Positions 30,301-39,657 of a stretch of DNA of 64,000 nucleotides are shown one piece after another. This stretch comes from Candidatus Altiarchaeota archaeon (GTDB taxonomy: Archaea; Altiarchaeota; Altiarchaeia; IMC4; QMZM01): positions 1-64,000 of the forward strand of contig JAFGDV010000022.1 of assembly GCA_016931955.1 (NCBI GenBank), written 5' to 3'. The notes beneath the pieces were generated by a model. It ran no database searches. It was given only the letters and a program-made list of their open reading frames with translations, and was not told the DNA's origin. Numbering within the stretch: the stretch's first letter is position 1; every line of letters begins with the position of its first letter. A program made the translations under genes and the position numbers.

Positions 30301-32784
30301 CTGCTCCTCGATGGACTGGCCAGGATCCAACGCAGCCATCAGCGTATCCGGCACAATAGAGGCGCCGCTTCCTTCAGGTACTGCGCCGTCGTAGGTTATG
30401 TTCTCACAGCCTTCGCCTCCTCCGAGGGGTATGCTTGGACTGCCGACAGTCTTCACTCCAACAGGTGGAGTACCATCCACGAACACACACTGCGCCTTTA
30501 TCGATTCCTTGTTGCCTAACAGGTCCACTGAATAATACTCGATCATGTGGCATGAATCCTCCACCGCCGTGAAGGGGCTGGAGTATTCAACCCAGCTGGA
30601 ATCATTGTATAAGTGCTCTGGCATGCAGCCAGCAGGCTCCAGACAATACATGTCATCCACCAATGAATTCATCCAGTAGATCTTGTCCACGCCTACGGCA
30701 CACAAAGCATCGGGATTGTCTGTCGCGTTAAGAACGACCTCTGTGTCGAGGTTGATCCACTGCGGGCAGTTCATGTGCACTTTATCCTTAACGCAGGCTT
30801 CCTTGCTCTCATAGCCTTCAGAAGACCAGCTAACATTACAGTAGCCTTCATAGTTTTCCACACAGCATGGCGCCGCCTTATAGGCTCCAACATAGGTCTT
30901 CTCCGTTTCGGGAGGAGACGAATCCACGTAGAATGTTTCATTGTCTGTGTCGCAGTTTCCAAGCGCGTCACAGCATACTATGTGCAATGTATGCACTGTT
31001 TCGTCGTAGAAGGTTATGTTGAATGGTGGAGTCAATTCACTGCAGCCGCTCATTGAAACATTATCTAACTCATAACTCCACTCACATAGGACTTCGTCGA
31101 CTGCGCACCCATAAGTATCGTCGTCGTATGCTTCCACGTGTATGGTTGTCCCTTCCTCAAACTCCCAGTCTTTTATCCAGCAATCCTGTCCCACCTCAGG
31201 CGGGCAGTCCCCAACTTGTGGACCAATGACTGTCTTGGTTATTATCGGGGCCTGAGAGTCTACCTTAAAGTACTCCAAGTCGGTTGTTTCCTCTGTATTC
31301 CCCAGAGCGTCTATACAGAAAAACTCTAGGCCGTGCAGGGAATCTTCTTCGAAGACTATCTCCTTAGGTGCTTCAACGCAACACCACCCGTCTTCTAAGG
31401 CTTCGTCACAGTATTGGTCTGTCGCATTCGCGCCATCCAATGAGACCTTGTAGCATAGTTCTCCCTGGTTGACTGGGTGATCGCCTTGATCAGTACAATT
31501 TAAAGTTATCGGCGTCACATGGTCTCTCACCCAATAAGAGCAATTACTTGGGTCTCCAGGATCACATAACACCTGTGGTTCGCCGACGTCTTTCACCGCC
31601 ATTGGGGGGGTGTTGTCCACGAAGACGCACTGGTAGTTGGTTAACTCAGTATTACCTAAGGCGTCTACGCTGTAGAACTCGACGATGTGACATGACTCTT
31701 CTTTCTTGTTAAACGGGCCCTCATAAACCTCGAAAGGCACTTCTTCATGTATCCCATAGTACTCTGGATTACATTTTGAGGAATCCCAGCATGATGCGTC
31801 GTCCTCAACTACAAAGTCTCTGTAGTATGTGGTGACTCCTCCGATAGTGCATATCTCCCCTCCATCAGCCGAAGTCAGTGTTATAGGTGTGGTGGATGTT
31901 ATCCAGTGGGGGTAAGGCGCTCCCGCGTTGATGTCTGCAGGATAATGCGGGCAACCGTAGGTCTTGTTCGTCTCCGGCGCTTCCGTATCCACCTTGAATG
32001 TCTCGATCTCCTCTATCATATTTCCTGCAATGTCGGCACAGGTCACAGTCAGTACGTGGACTGAGTCCTCCTCGAATGTCATCAAGTACTCCCAGGAGGC
32101 TTCTCCATTCAAATCCTCGTCTACCTCAGTCTGAATTGGGCCTCCGTCCACTGTGTAGGTTATTATGCAGTAGTCTAGGCCGCTTATTCCGCACTCTCCC
32201 TGATCTACAACTGATATGTTTATAACCGTGGACTGAGTGATCCAGCACTCATCTCCAACACCAGGAGGACAAACACCGGACTGAGGACCAGTGACCGTCT
32301 TAGTTATTTCAGGCGCTACGTCGTCAACGCTCGTAGTATCATTAAGAAATTGAATCCAACCAGTTGCTGGGAAAGTCACATCTCTTGTTTCGAATTGCCA
32401 ATTCCACTCGCATCCACTAGTAGGAGTTTTTGCAGAAAAAGTAAAACTTTCAGTATTTCCAGCAGTTATGCGATAGGAGGAATTTTCAGCTACATACTGA
32501 CAAGCCTGTTTTGTGCCAATAAAATTCAACTCCCAACCAGGTTTTTCGTCACACTGGAAGTTAGTATAGCTCATATTTCGATATATCCTCACTTCATCCA
32601 CTGTATCAGGTCCATTATTGGTTATATTGACTGTGTAATCCATTGTCTGGTTTGCGGCGGACCATTCTGGCTGCAAATCAGCTGAGCTTGTATGCGTTTG
32701 TATATGTACCTGGGCGGATGAGATGCCCATAATAGCTGCCAGAAGCAGACAAAATACTCCTATAGTATATACTTTTGTTTTCAT
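27313..32784 (-). CDS. 1823-aa secreted surface protein with tandem Cys-containing Ig-like repeats and an inserted vWA domain
   Basis: Repeated EYYSVDALGN.E..QCVFVD.TPP; vWA MIDAS-like DVLFLFDLTGSM..DGPES; C-terminal WNLVS/GWNLIG domain; GGAGGT RBS. Confidence 0.75.
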   Translation of the reverse strand: MKTKVYTIGVFCLLLAAIMGISSAQVHIQTHTSSADLQPEWSAANQTMDYTVNITNNGPDTVDEVRIYRNMSYTNFQCDEKPGWELNFIGTKQACQYVAENSSYRITAGNTESFTFSAKTPTSGCEWNWQFETRDVTFPATGWIQFLNDTTSVDDVAPEITKTVTGPQSGVCPPGVGDECWITQSTVINISVVDQGECGISGLDYCIITYTVDGGPIQTEVDEDLNGEASWEYLMTFEEDSVHVLTVTCADIAGNMIEEIETFKVDTEAPETNKTYGCPHYPADINAGAPYPHWITSTTPITLTSADGGEICTIGGVTTYYRDFVVEDDASCWDSSKCNPEYYGIHEEVPFEVYEGPFNKKEESCHIVEFYSVDALGNTELTNYQCVFVDNTPPMAVKDVGEPQVLCDPGDPSNCSYWVRDHVTPITLNCTDQGDHPVNQGELCYKVSLDGANATDQYCDEALEDGWCCVEAPKEIVFEEDSLHGLEFFCIDALGNTEETTDLEYFKVDSQAPIITKTVIGPQVGDCPPEVGQDCWIKDWEFEEGTTIHVEAYDDDTYGCAVDEVLCEWSYELDNVSMSGCSELTPPFNITFYDETVHTLHIVCCDALGNCDTDNETFYVDSSPPETEKTYVGAYKAAPCCVENYEGYCNVSWSSEGYESKEACVKDKVHMNCPQWINLDTEVVLNATDNPDALCAVGVDKIYWMNSLVDDMYCLEPAGCMPEHLYNDSSWVEYSSPFTAVEDSCHMIEYYSVDLLGNKESIKAQCVFVDGTPPVGVKTVGSPSIPLGGGEGCENITYDGAVPEGSGASIVPDTLMAALDPGQSIEEQKTVTTEETPIGKLDVLFLFDLTGSMSFQLSTAKSSSIEIMNNISALVNNSAFGVGSFMDYNGYYDYCGYSGFYGSGIDYPWSLDQNITSNNSAVSSAINDLVLGNGDDGPESYTRALYESQFVGWRPGSRKIVIIFEDNVPHDCNLGFFGCGTTTGVDPGRDAIAGTSDDLNWSNVVADLKAAGISVVAIDSGGYCDSVWEYATNETGGIFSELGSAGDLSEEIVALIGNITSKISYLTLKPKPGFEDWITWTPTSYSDVEGGASVPFNVTVSVPVGQHGGEYHLYVEVVGDGSTLAVQEIWINVSGEPCVPSSDDWFVTQETLITLDCVDPEPHPVGQETVCFKVSFDEDPDGYVTDEYCAYHNGTMTDDECCIYVGDEVFEFNFMEDSVHDLEFYCADHLGNAEETTDLEYFRVDSTPPNTTKTYLGPYYEVNGTEWIDSASRVNLTAVDGGAICHVDNVTTYYRYGRVDDEACWNSTECAIIPGMVILPFTWETYTGPFNISEESCHRIEYYSVDALGNTEDMKAQCVFVDKTPPGVYKGYGKPYFNDGDADWISSETNITMNATDYEPHPSGLKELSYRITLVGDGNCTNNSICQETEGSGGWTTVSENVTSVNIGQQSCHLIEVKAVDNVDKESMLKQCVFVDNSAPEPNKTVGDPKTKWNGQDSIFYPGIKDLCWNGGADEIECWKVTLYTSVSLECVDPEPHPVDHERVCFNAEVDADDYTEEYCEFYAGEYNASGDGFCCLDKVVEEFLFLEETEHNLEYYCVDALGNKGPIDEEKFKVEGVPFEIQINKKWNLVSVPFMLIDDDIKEVLKDVEDSVEAVWTFDAEHQICGEDWCVYTPDGNDGNDNLHQMIPGWGYWVIANKADLLMIGGSEMIPAVTPPSRRLFEGWNLIGYHGTNDLSGYYGPLGNGDRAYCALYTLRSDYGIWPTKWSSLSTYWEPDNPHQWYNYDACSYLDPGAGYWILMDMEDIYARSTACPEELVETMCL

Positions 32785-33116
32785 TGTTTACCTCCATAAA
32801 AATTGGTTTTAGATAAGGGTGAGAATCTGAATCTAGAATTAGGTATGAGATCAGCCTCATAGGCTCTGCCATAGCCTAATAACGGAATAACACACGTCAC
32901 ATACCCACCCTTTAGATGCTAGGGCTAAAAAACCCCACCATAGACTCGCATACTTGGTGTTTGCTCATAGAACAAACATTATCCCAAATAGACTCATAAT
33001 ATATGGTTACCTATAATCGCAAGGGTTTAAAAAGGATTATTTCGTTACCAAAAACTGCCTAAATTATCGGACAAAGTCCTAAACCCGATATCTAGAAAAA
33101 AAATTATTTCAGCAAT

Positions 33117-33337
33117 CCTCGTCAACATAGGATAGTGTTCTAAACAAGGGATAGACGAGGAAAAAGCCAGTAAGAGTTTAAGCAGGGGTGAGAGGACCTA
33201 AATTCCGTAGAGGGCGCAAGGAATTTAGAAGTAGGTCCGGATCGCTTTAAAGATAATCGACTTACATCGATCACCCGTTTTGTTTTACTGAGGTAAAACA
33301 TCAGCCAATCACCCCTGCTCCTCCGTAATAGGAGGTA
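33117..33337 (-). ncRNA. Candidate structured RNA or long 5' leader (multibranch fold)
   Basis: 11-bp stem AGCAGGGGTGA/TCACCCCTGCT (33181-91/33309-19) encloses three stems, with flanking hairpins; strand inferred from the TATA position. Confidence 0.5.
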
Positions 33338-33358
33338 GTAATATATTGAACATTATTT

Positions 33359-33366
33359 TTTATAAA
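33359..33366 (-). promoter_or_regulatory. Candidate TATA box for the structured RNA/leader
   Basis: TTTATAAA lies ~24 nt upstream (minus strand) of the first hairpin at 33335. Confidence 0.4.
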
Positions 33367-33508
33367 TCAACTAAATCCTGATAATGTATGATAAATTTCC
33401 TGATAATAAATTTTAAATCCCAATAAAATCCTTAGATGATATAAATCGTTCGATTTCTTTTGACAGTCAGACTGTATTTATCCAAAAAAAGCCAATAAGG
33501 TAAAGCAG

Positions 33509-36028
33509 ATGGAACTCGTTTTCGGAGACTATGGAATAGAACAACCGTACCTATTACTTCTCATAATCCCCACCATGTTCGCCCTCCACCACTACATAAA
33601 AAAAGGCGGCATGAACAAAGGCAAATGGTTCTTTCTCTTCACGCGGCTCGTGATCGTTTCAATAATAGCCATAGCACTAACCTCGCCATTCACCTCCACG
33701 ATAACAGAAGAATTCAAGGACCTGACGTCCATAACCATACTCTTCGACCAATCAGAGAGCATGACGGTAACAGACATCGACAAAGACCTTGCAGATAAAA
33801 TATACGACGACATATCATCCGCTATCGGGAACCTGACAGGCAACAGAGGGGCTGTGGAGCAGAAGCACTTCTCTGAGGGGAACAGAACAGAGATAGGCAA
33901 CGCACTCTACAAGGAAACGCTGGGTAAGAGCAAGGAAAAAAACCTCATAGTGCTATTAAGCGACTGCAACAACAATTACGGCAGGGACGCGTCAGACATG
34001 GCGCAGGTGCTAGCAGAAGCGAACATCACCGTCTACGCAGTCATCCCAAACACCATACAAAAGGACGTATACATATCAGAGATGACTGGAGACAAAAAAA
34101 CCCCTGCCAATGCAGACTATACGCTCAAGATAGGGGTGGGGAAGGCGGGTTCAGATGTGTCGGAGTACAACCTCCTCCTGAAGGTTGACGACAACCTGAT
34201 CCATATGGTGAACAACGTAGTCCAGGTAGAGGACACCAAATCCTTCCGCTTCACCTTCTCGATGAAGGACGAAGGCGTGCACAAGATAACGGCGGAGATA
34301 AAACCTAAGGGCGAAGACCTCTTCAGGATAAACAATGAGATGATCAAAAGCGTCGATGTCGTGGAACGCCCGGACGTACTTCTGGTGACTGAAAACCATA
34401 ACTCGCTGCTCTCAACCCTCCTCAATGAGAACTACGACGTCTTCAGGACAACGCTTCCGAGACAGGACTACAGCAAATACGATGTTGTTTACTTCGACAA
34501 CGTACCGGTGGAGAGGATGGATGACTGGGTCATTAATTCACTGAACAACTACGTCGTCGAAGGCAACGGACTCGTTGTTGTCGGCGGAGAAAAAGCCTAT
34601 GAAAGGGGTGACTACCATAATAGCCAGATAGAGACCCTGCTCCCAGTTATATCCACGGAGCCGCCGGAGAAGAAGAGAAAAGAGATCGCAGTCATATTCC
34701 TCATAGACATCTCAGAGAGCACAAGCTACGGCATGACAGGAGAGACAAAAGTCGATGTTGAAAAGGCTTTGGCGATAAACATGCTAAGGCAGTTAGACTT
34801 AGACGACATGGTTGGTGTGATAGCCTTCAACGTTAAAGCATACACTGTATCTCCACTCAAAAAGATCGAAGACGTCGAATTAGAGCTTGAGACTAGGATA
34901 AGGTCGCTGACATTCACCGGAGGCACAGACATGATGGAAGCCCTCCTCCAGGCAGAAACGCTCTTCGGCGACTTCGAAGGTAAAAAATATGTGATATTGA
35001 TCTCAGACGGCGTCATACAGAGACTCTCTAGGGAGGAGACAACCCTGCAACATGTGAAGTCCATGAACGACAAAGGCATTACAGTCTACACTGTGGGCGT
35101 GGGCTTTGACACAAACGAGAGATTCATGAGAGCCCTCGCCGACACAGGAAAGGGGATCTACTTCAGACCAGAGGACTATGAGCGGCTTCATATAGAGTTC
35201 GAGGAAAAAGAGAAGGTGGAAAAAGACCAGTACACGCTGGGAGTATACAACAAGTACCACTTCATAACACGCGACCTCACGCAGTTCTGGCCTGCAATAA
35301 AGGACTTCAATGGGGTGACTGAGAAATCAGTGGCCCAGGTTCTCGTGACAACCGAGGGCAAGATGCCTGTAGTAACAGTCTGGCGCTTCGGGCTGGGCAG
35401 GGTCGTGTCGCTGACCGTTGACAACGGCTTGCAGTGGGCGCCTAACCTGTATTACTCAAACAACGGCGAACTTATTTCCGCGATAACCAACTGGGCCATA
35501 GGCAACCTCGAGAAACGGAAGAGGGTGAACATAGAGACGATGGACGTAAACATTGGTGGTAAGGCTGAGATACAGATAAAATCCGAGAAGGAACCCGACG
35601 TCGTGATCCAGGACTGGGAGGGAAACAAGGAGGAGATCGAATTAAAGCAAACCGATGTGGACCTCTTCGCTGGAAGCTTCACCCCGCAGAAGAGCGGCTT
35701 CTATATGATGAAGGCAGTATCCTCTCTAGGCGAAGACACTGACGCTATCGCAGTAGACATGCCCTTAGAGTACCGGAAGCTGGGAGTGGACACTGAAGAA
35801 CTGAAGACCATAACCGCTATCACTCAAGGCCGAGTCTATGATTCCTCCGAGATAGGCAAACTGGAGGCAGACGTCCTGGAATACATAAGAGAAAGCTCAT
35901 CCTCCAAGACACTGGAGAAGACACCCCTACATACGTACTTCATGGCAGCTGCACTCGGCCTGTTCTTCCTCGACGTAGTATCCCGTAGGATACTGGACAT
36001 AATAAGGCTAAGGAGGAAGGGGGAATAA
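33509..36028 (+). CDS. Membrane-anchored double vWA protein with a glutamine-amidotransferase-like domain
   Basis: BatA-like N-terminal TMs, LFDQSESM, GNGLVVVGG..LLPV, LIDISES..GGTD..ISDG, WRFGLGRV. Confidence 0.75.
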   Translation: MELVFGDYGIEQPYLLLLIIPTMFALHHYIKKGGMNKGKWFFLFTRLVIVSIIAIALTSPFTSTITEEFKDLTSITILFDQSESMTVTDIDKDLADKIYDDISSAIGNLTGNRGAVEQKHFSEGNRTEIGNALYKETLGKSKEKNLIVLLSDCNNNYGRDASDMAQVLAEANITVYAVIPNTIQKDVYISEMTGDKKTPANADYTLKIGVGKAGSDVSEYNLLLKVDDNLIHMVNNVVQVEDTKSFRFTFSMKDEGVHKITAEIKPKGEDLFRINNEMIKSVDVVERPDVLLVTENHNSLLSTLLNENYDVFRTTLPRQDYSKYDVVYFDNVPVERMDDWVINSLNNYVVEGNGLVVVGGEKAYERGDYHNSQIETLLPVISTEPPEKKRKEIAVIFLIDISESTSYGMTGETKVDVEKALAINMLRQLDLDDMVGVIAFNVKAYTVSPLKKIEDVELELETRIRSLTFTGGTDMMEALLQAETLFGDFEGKKYVILISDGVIQRLSREETTLQHVKSMNDKGITVYTVGVGFDTNERFMRALADTGKGIYFRPEDYERLHIEFEEKEKVEKDQYTLGVYNKYHFITRDLTQFWPAIKDFNGVTEKSVAQVLVTTEGKMPVVTVWRFGLGRVVSLTVDNGLQWAPNLYYSNNGELISAITNWAIGNLEKRKRVNIETMDVNIGGKAEIQIKSEKEPDVVIQDWEGNKEEIELKQTDVDLFAGSFTPQKSGFYMMKAVSSLGEDTDAIAVDMPLEYRKLGVDTEELKTITAITQGRVYDSSEIGKLEADVLEYIRESSSSKTLEKTPLHTYFMAAALGLFFLDVVSRRILDIIRLRRKGE

Positions 36029-36038
36029 AAGAAAAGGG

Positions 36039-37379
36039 CTATGCACAATCCACTGGACAATTATCCGAGTTCTCTCCCTTACCGCTGCAGATTCCGTCCC
36101 CACAACACCATGAAAGCTTTTTTGTTATCTTGCTCGGACAGTCTGCTGGACAGGATGCACAGTCTTCTCCCTGATTCACCCCGGCACAATAGCCATCGCC
36201 GCAGCCGCTGGGGATGGTTGTTGGCGGCGTGGTCGGTACATAATTTACTGCGCCAAATGCATTCACGATTCCTGCACCGTAGTTGTCAGAGGTGCATGGT
36301 ACCTCGCCGATCAAATAATTCCGCCCCACTCTTCTGACCACCCCATAACATACAGAATCCGGAGCAATCGAATCTGCTGTCTTATAAAGCGCTGTCTTTA
36401 TTTGGTCTACAGTTAAGCTTGGATTAGCTTCCAGCATCAGAGCCACTGTTCCACTGACGTGTGGTGTTGACATCGAAGTCCCACTCCATGAAGCGTATCC
36501 ATCTACTATCGGTGAATAGATGCTTACCCCCGGAGCCACTATGTCCAGCGAAGGCCCGAAATTGCTGAAATATGCCATACTACCACTCTTGTCTACTGCC
36601 CCAACCGCTATCGCACCTGATGCGCATGCTGGGCTGCTAACAAAGAATTGATCATTCCCAGATGCTACTACCACAGTGATTCCGTTGTTTACCACATAGT
36701 TCACCTTAGCCGCTAATGGATCACCGTCACAGTCTTCTCCTGCGAAGTTTCCGCCACCTATGCTGATACTCATCACCTTCGCGTCTGTCAATACCGCTGA
36801 TTCCATAGCCGCCATCATGTCGCTTTCATAACATGAACCGCTAGCATCACATACCTTATACATGTAGATTCCTGCACCGGGTGCTGCACCCTTTGCGTTA
36901 GAAGCTACTCCATTCGCGGTTATTATGCCTGAAACATGCGTCCCATGTCCATGGTCATCCTCACAAGTTGTTGTTCCATCTACAAAGGTCTCACAACCAA
37001 CAATACTGTCACTCAACTCTGGGTTATCTGTGTCGATTCCAGTATCCAATACAGCCACATTCACCCCTGTTCCATCAATACCTTGCACCCAAACATCATC
37101 GGCATGTATCTGTTGATCAGCTTCTAAGTCCACTACCTGAAATATCCTGTCCTCTCTGGCATTCGATATCGTTGCCCCGATAGGGCATTTCAAGGCTGTT
37201 GCGTCGTTTAGTTCGTGTATGATTGCGCAGCCCTTCATCTTGAAAATCAGTTTATCTATTGGCGAGGTCGTATCCACTATCAACCTTTTACCGTTCCCCT
37301 GGTCTACTGGAATCGCCGTTGCCAGCAACATCCCTAGAATCAAGGCAGTTACTCCTAAAAGCATTATCTTATTTTTCAT
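36039..37379 (-). CDS. S8 subtilisin-family serine peptidase
   Basis: Catalytic triad motifs VAVLDTG, HGHGTHVSG, SGTSMSTPHVSG. Confidence 0.93.
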   Translation of the reverse strand: MKNKIMLLGVTALILGMLLATAIPVDQGNGKRLIVDTTSPIDKLIFKMKGCAIIHELNDATALKCPIGATISNAREDRIFQVVDLEADQQIHADDVWVQGIDGTGVNVAVLDTGIDTDNPELSDSIVGCETFVDGTTTCEDDHGHGTHVSGIITANGVASNAKGAAPGAGIYMYKVCDASGSCYESDMMAAMESAVLTDAKVMSISIGGGNFAGEDCDGDPLAAKVNYVVNNGITVVVASGNDQFFVSSPACASGAIAVGAVDKSGSMAYFSNFGPSLDIVAPGVSIYSPIVDGYASWSGTSMSTPHVSGTVALMLEANPSLTVDQIKTALYKTADSIAPDSVCYGVVRRVGRNYLIGEVPCTSDNYGAGIVNAFGAVNYVPTTPPTTIPSGCGDGYCAGVNQGEDCASCPADCPSKITKKLSWCCGDGICSGKGENSDNCPVDCA

Positions 37380-37429
37380 TCTATCACCTATTAGCGTATA
37401 TTATATCTTGTTCATTCTAAATAAAATAC

Positions 37430-37918
37430 ATGATCCTCGACAGGGAAAAGATCGCAGAACTCGTAGAGAAAAAGAATCTGATAGAATGCTTCAGCGTGGA
37501 TTGTTTGGAGGGTGCTGGCTATGATCTGCGGGTGAACCGGATCCATAGGCTGAAGAGTGGGGGCTTCCTTGGGGCGGAGGACAGGAAGACCCCCGACGTT
37601 GAAGCCGTAGATTTCACCAGATATTCCCTGAAGCCGGGTGAATACGTTCTCATAGAGACCCTTGAGAGGGTGAATATGCCCAGGAACCTTGCAGCGAGGG
37701 TGTTGCCGAGGTCCAGCCTCTTCAGGTGCGGCTGTGCTCTGTTCAATGCCTTAGTGGATCCCGGCTACCAAGGCGTGTTAATCTTCGGCCTCAAGAATCT
37801 CTCAGACTTCGATTTCGTGCTGGAAAGAGGTGCCAGAGTAGCGCAGATCGTGTTTGAGGAGGTTGCCGGGGAAACCAGGGGCTATGACGGCAGATACCAG
37901 GGCGGCCGGGTTGTTTAG
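37430..37918 (+). CDS. dCTP deaminase / trimeric dUTPase family protein
   Basis: GYDLRV, PRSSLFRCG, VDPGYQG, GARVAQIVF, Y.GRYQG. Confidence 0.85.
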   Translation: MILDREKIAELVEKKNLIECFSVDCLEGAGYDLRVNRIHRLKSGGFLGAEDRKTPDVEAVDFTRYSLKPGEYVLIETLERVNMPRNLAARVLPRSSLFRCGCALFNALVDPGYQGVLIFGLKNLSDFDFVLERGARVAQIVFEEVAGETRGYDGRYQGGRVV

Positions 37919-37954
37919 GCACGTATTTATAGGTGTTAGACAAATTAATTTACA

Positions 37955-38278
37955 ATGTTCACCGAAAACATCCTGACTTACGGGATACACCCTTCGGAGA
38001 TCGTAATCTTCATCATCTTTCTCTGGGGAGCGTACCTCTTTGCGAGCATTAGTAGGGACACTGCTAAATCCTTTTTTGGTGAAGGCTATATGTTTTGGGT
38101 TTTGGGTGTGACCTTGATCTGCCTTCAGCAGTTTTTCGACATGTTCGACAACGTGCCGGGATTCAGGTTCTTCAACTACTTGGAGCATGCCGCATTCCTG
38201 CTTGGCTCGGCAATGATAACATACAGCATCTACAAATGCTATAATAGATGTAAGACTGCGGGTGAATTGGTAGAATGA
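37955..38278 (+). CDS. Small multi-TM membrane protein
   Basis: Three hydrophobic segments; coupled to the next ORF by ATGA. Confidence 0.55.
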   Translation: MFTENILTYGIHPSEIVIFIIFLWGAYLFASISRDTAKSFFGEGYMFWVLGVTLICLQQFFDMFDNVPGFRFFNYLEHAAFLLGSAMITYSIYKCYNRCKTAGELVE

Positions 38279-38610
38279 TAGTAACTCAGATGCTGGTGAA
38301 TTTCGTGATGAAGGTTCTGGCGTTGATCATTCTCTCCACTGGGGTCTATTTCGCCATAGAATTAAGGGACAAGTTAAAGGGTTTAAGGCTTACGTGGATC
38401 CTCATCAGCGTGGGCGTTCTTTTTCTGCAGGTCTATGCGCTCTCTGATGTGGCTGAATTCGGGGCATGTCTTATCTTCGGCGACGGCGAAGTCGCTGATG
38501 CGGTCACAGAATCCATGGACTTGCTTGAGATGGCCTTGGTCGCTGCCGCAGCCAGTTTTCTCACCACCGCAGGAATTGTCTTGAAGAATCCAGAAAATAG
38601 GCCTACTTAG
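38275..38610 (+). CDS. Small multi-TM membrane protein
   Basis: Three hydrophobic segments. Confidence 0.55.
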   Translation: MIVTQMLVNFVMKVLALIILSTGVYFAIELRDKLKGLRLTWILISVGVLFLQVYALSDVAEFGACLIFGDGEVADAVTESMDLLEMALVAAAASFLTTAGIVLKNPENRPT

Positions 38611-39616
38611 GGGATTTGTCTTCCAGTCTCTGAACCCTTGACTCTAGATGCTTTATCTTTGCTTCGATCTCTATGAGTTTTTTCTGGTGGTCTCTTATTA
38701 TCTCCCTGAAGCTTTCCTCGTCTAAGGCCCTCCTGTGGTATTTTGTCTTCGCTAATTCGATCATCTCCTCTACGCGGTTTTTCTCGTCAAGGAGCTTGAT
38801 CAACTCCAAATCCATGTTACTATCGTCTGCACTGATCCGCTTTGCTGTCTTCTTCTTCCATAGGAGGATAACATTTACCATGAGAACAATCAGCAGGAAC
38901 ACGAAAACGAATAGAATCACTCTCAGGCTTCTCTTTGGCTGATATCCCGCATCCTCCATTATCTCGTCGATCTCCTCCTGAGTGAAGCCCCTCTCCTCCA
39001 GGGCTGATGTGATTTCTTCTGGAGACATACCCTCCGACAATGCCTTCTTCACCTGCTCTACTACAATCATTCTCTGAATTGTCTGGATCTCTTCTGTGGT
39101 GAAGCCTCTCTCAGCAAATCCCTTGGTGATGTCCTCCATTGGGAGGCCTCTTCTAAGCGCTTCTTTGATCAACTGAGTATTAGCTTCACCCATAACAGCT
39201 TCTACTTCCTGCCTGGAGTAGCCCCTCTCCAAAAGGTATTCCCCCAATTCCTGCTTTGACTTGTTCTCGTAGGCTATCATGTGACCGACTGCACTAACTG
39301 TTGCGAGATTTAGTATATCCAATGCCTCCGCCTGCGAGTAGCCTTGATCCATTAGAAAAACCAAGGTGTCCTCCTTGAAGGAGGATCCTTTGACGGCTTC
39401 TTTCTTTATCTCATCGGATCCTGCCACGCCTTCTATAGATGGTGATTGGGCGTATGATTTTTGTGTTGGGGTGTTGTCTGCTAGAGGTTCATAGACTTCT
39501 GATAGTATCATCTCCTTCACTTCCTGGATGATCTCAGGATCAGAAACGTCCTCTGGGCTGGCGCATACGGTTATGAGAAGGACTGTCAAGAAGAAGAATG
39601 TCAGGGGTATTTTCAT
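38603..39616 (-). CDS. Single-pass membrane protein with short helical repeats and a cytoplasmic coiled coil
   Basis: Repeats GYSQAEA, GYSRQEV, GFTTEEI, GFTQEEI; TM VILFVFVFLLIVLMV. Confidence 0.6.
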   Translation of the reverse strand: MKIPLTFFFLTVLLITVCASPEDVSDPEIIQEVKEMILSEVYEPLADNTPTQKSYAQSPSIEGVAGSDEIKKEAVKGSSFKEDTLVFLMDQGYSQAEALDILNLATVSAVGHMIAYENKSKQELGEYLLERGYSRQEVEAVMGEANTQLIKEALRRGLPMEDITKGFAERGFTTEEIQTIQRMIVVEQVKKALSEGMSPEEITSALEERGFTQEEIDEIMEDAGYQPKRSLRVILFVFVFLLIVLMVNVILLWKKKTAKRISADDSNMDLELIKLLDEKNRVEEMIELAKTKYHRRALDEESFREIIRDHQKKLIEIEAKIKHLESRVQRLEDKSPK

Positions 39617-39657
39617 CCTAGACAGTTATTTGTCAGACGGGTTAAAATAGGTTTCCC

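Noticed and set aside
33117-33337. RNase P, SRP or 5S RNA identity for the structured region
   Set aside because: The conserved signature sequences of these RNAs were not found on either strand
23890-33500. Integrated island at tRNA-His
   Set aside because: No second copy of the tRNA-His 3' end and no integrase were found
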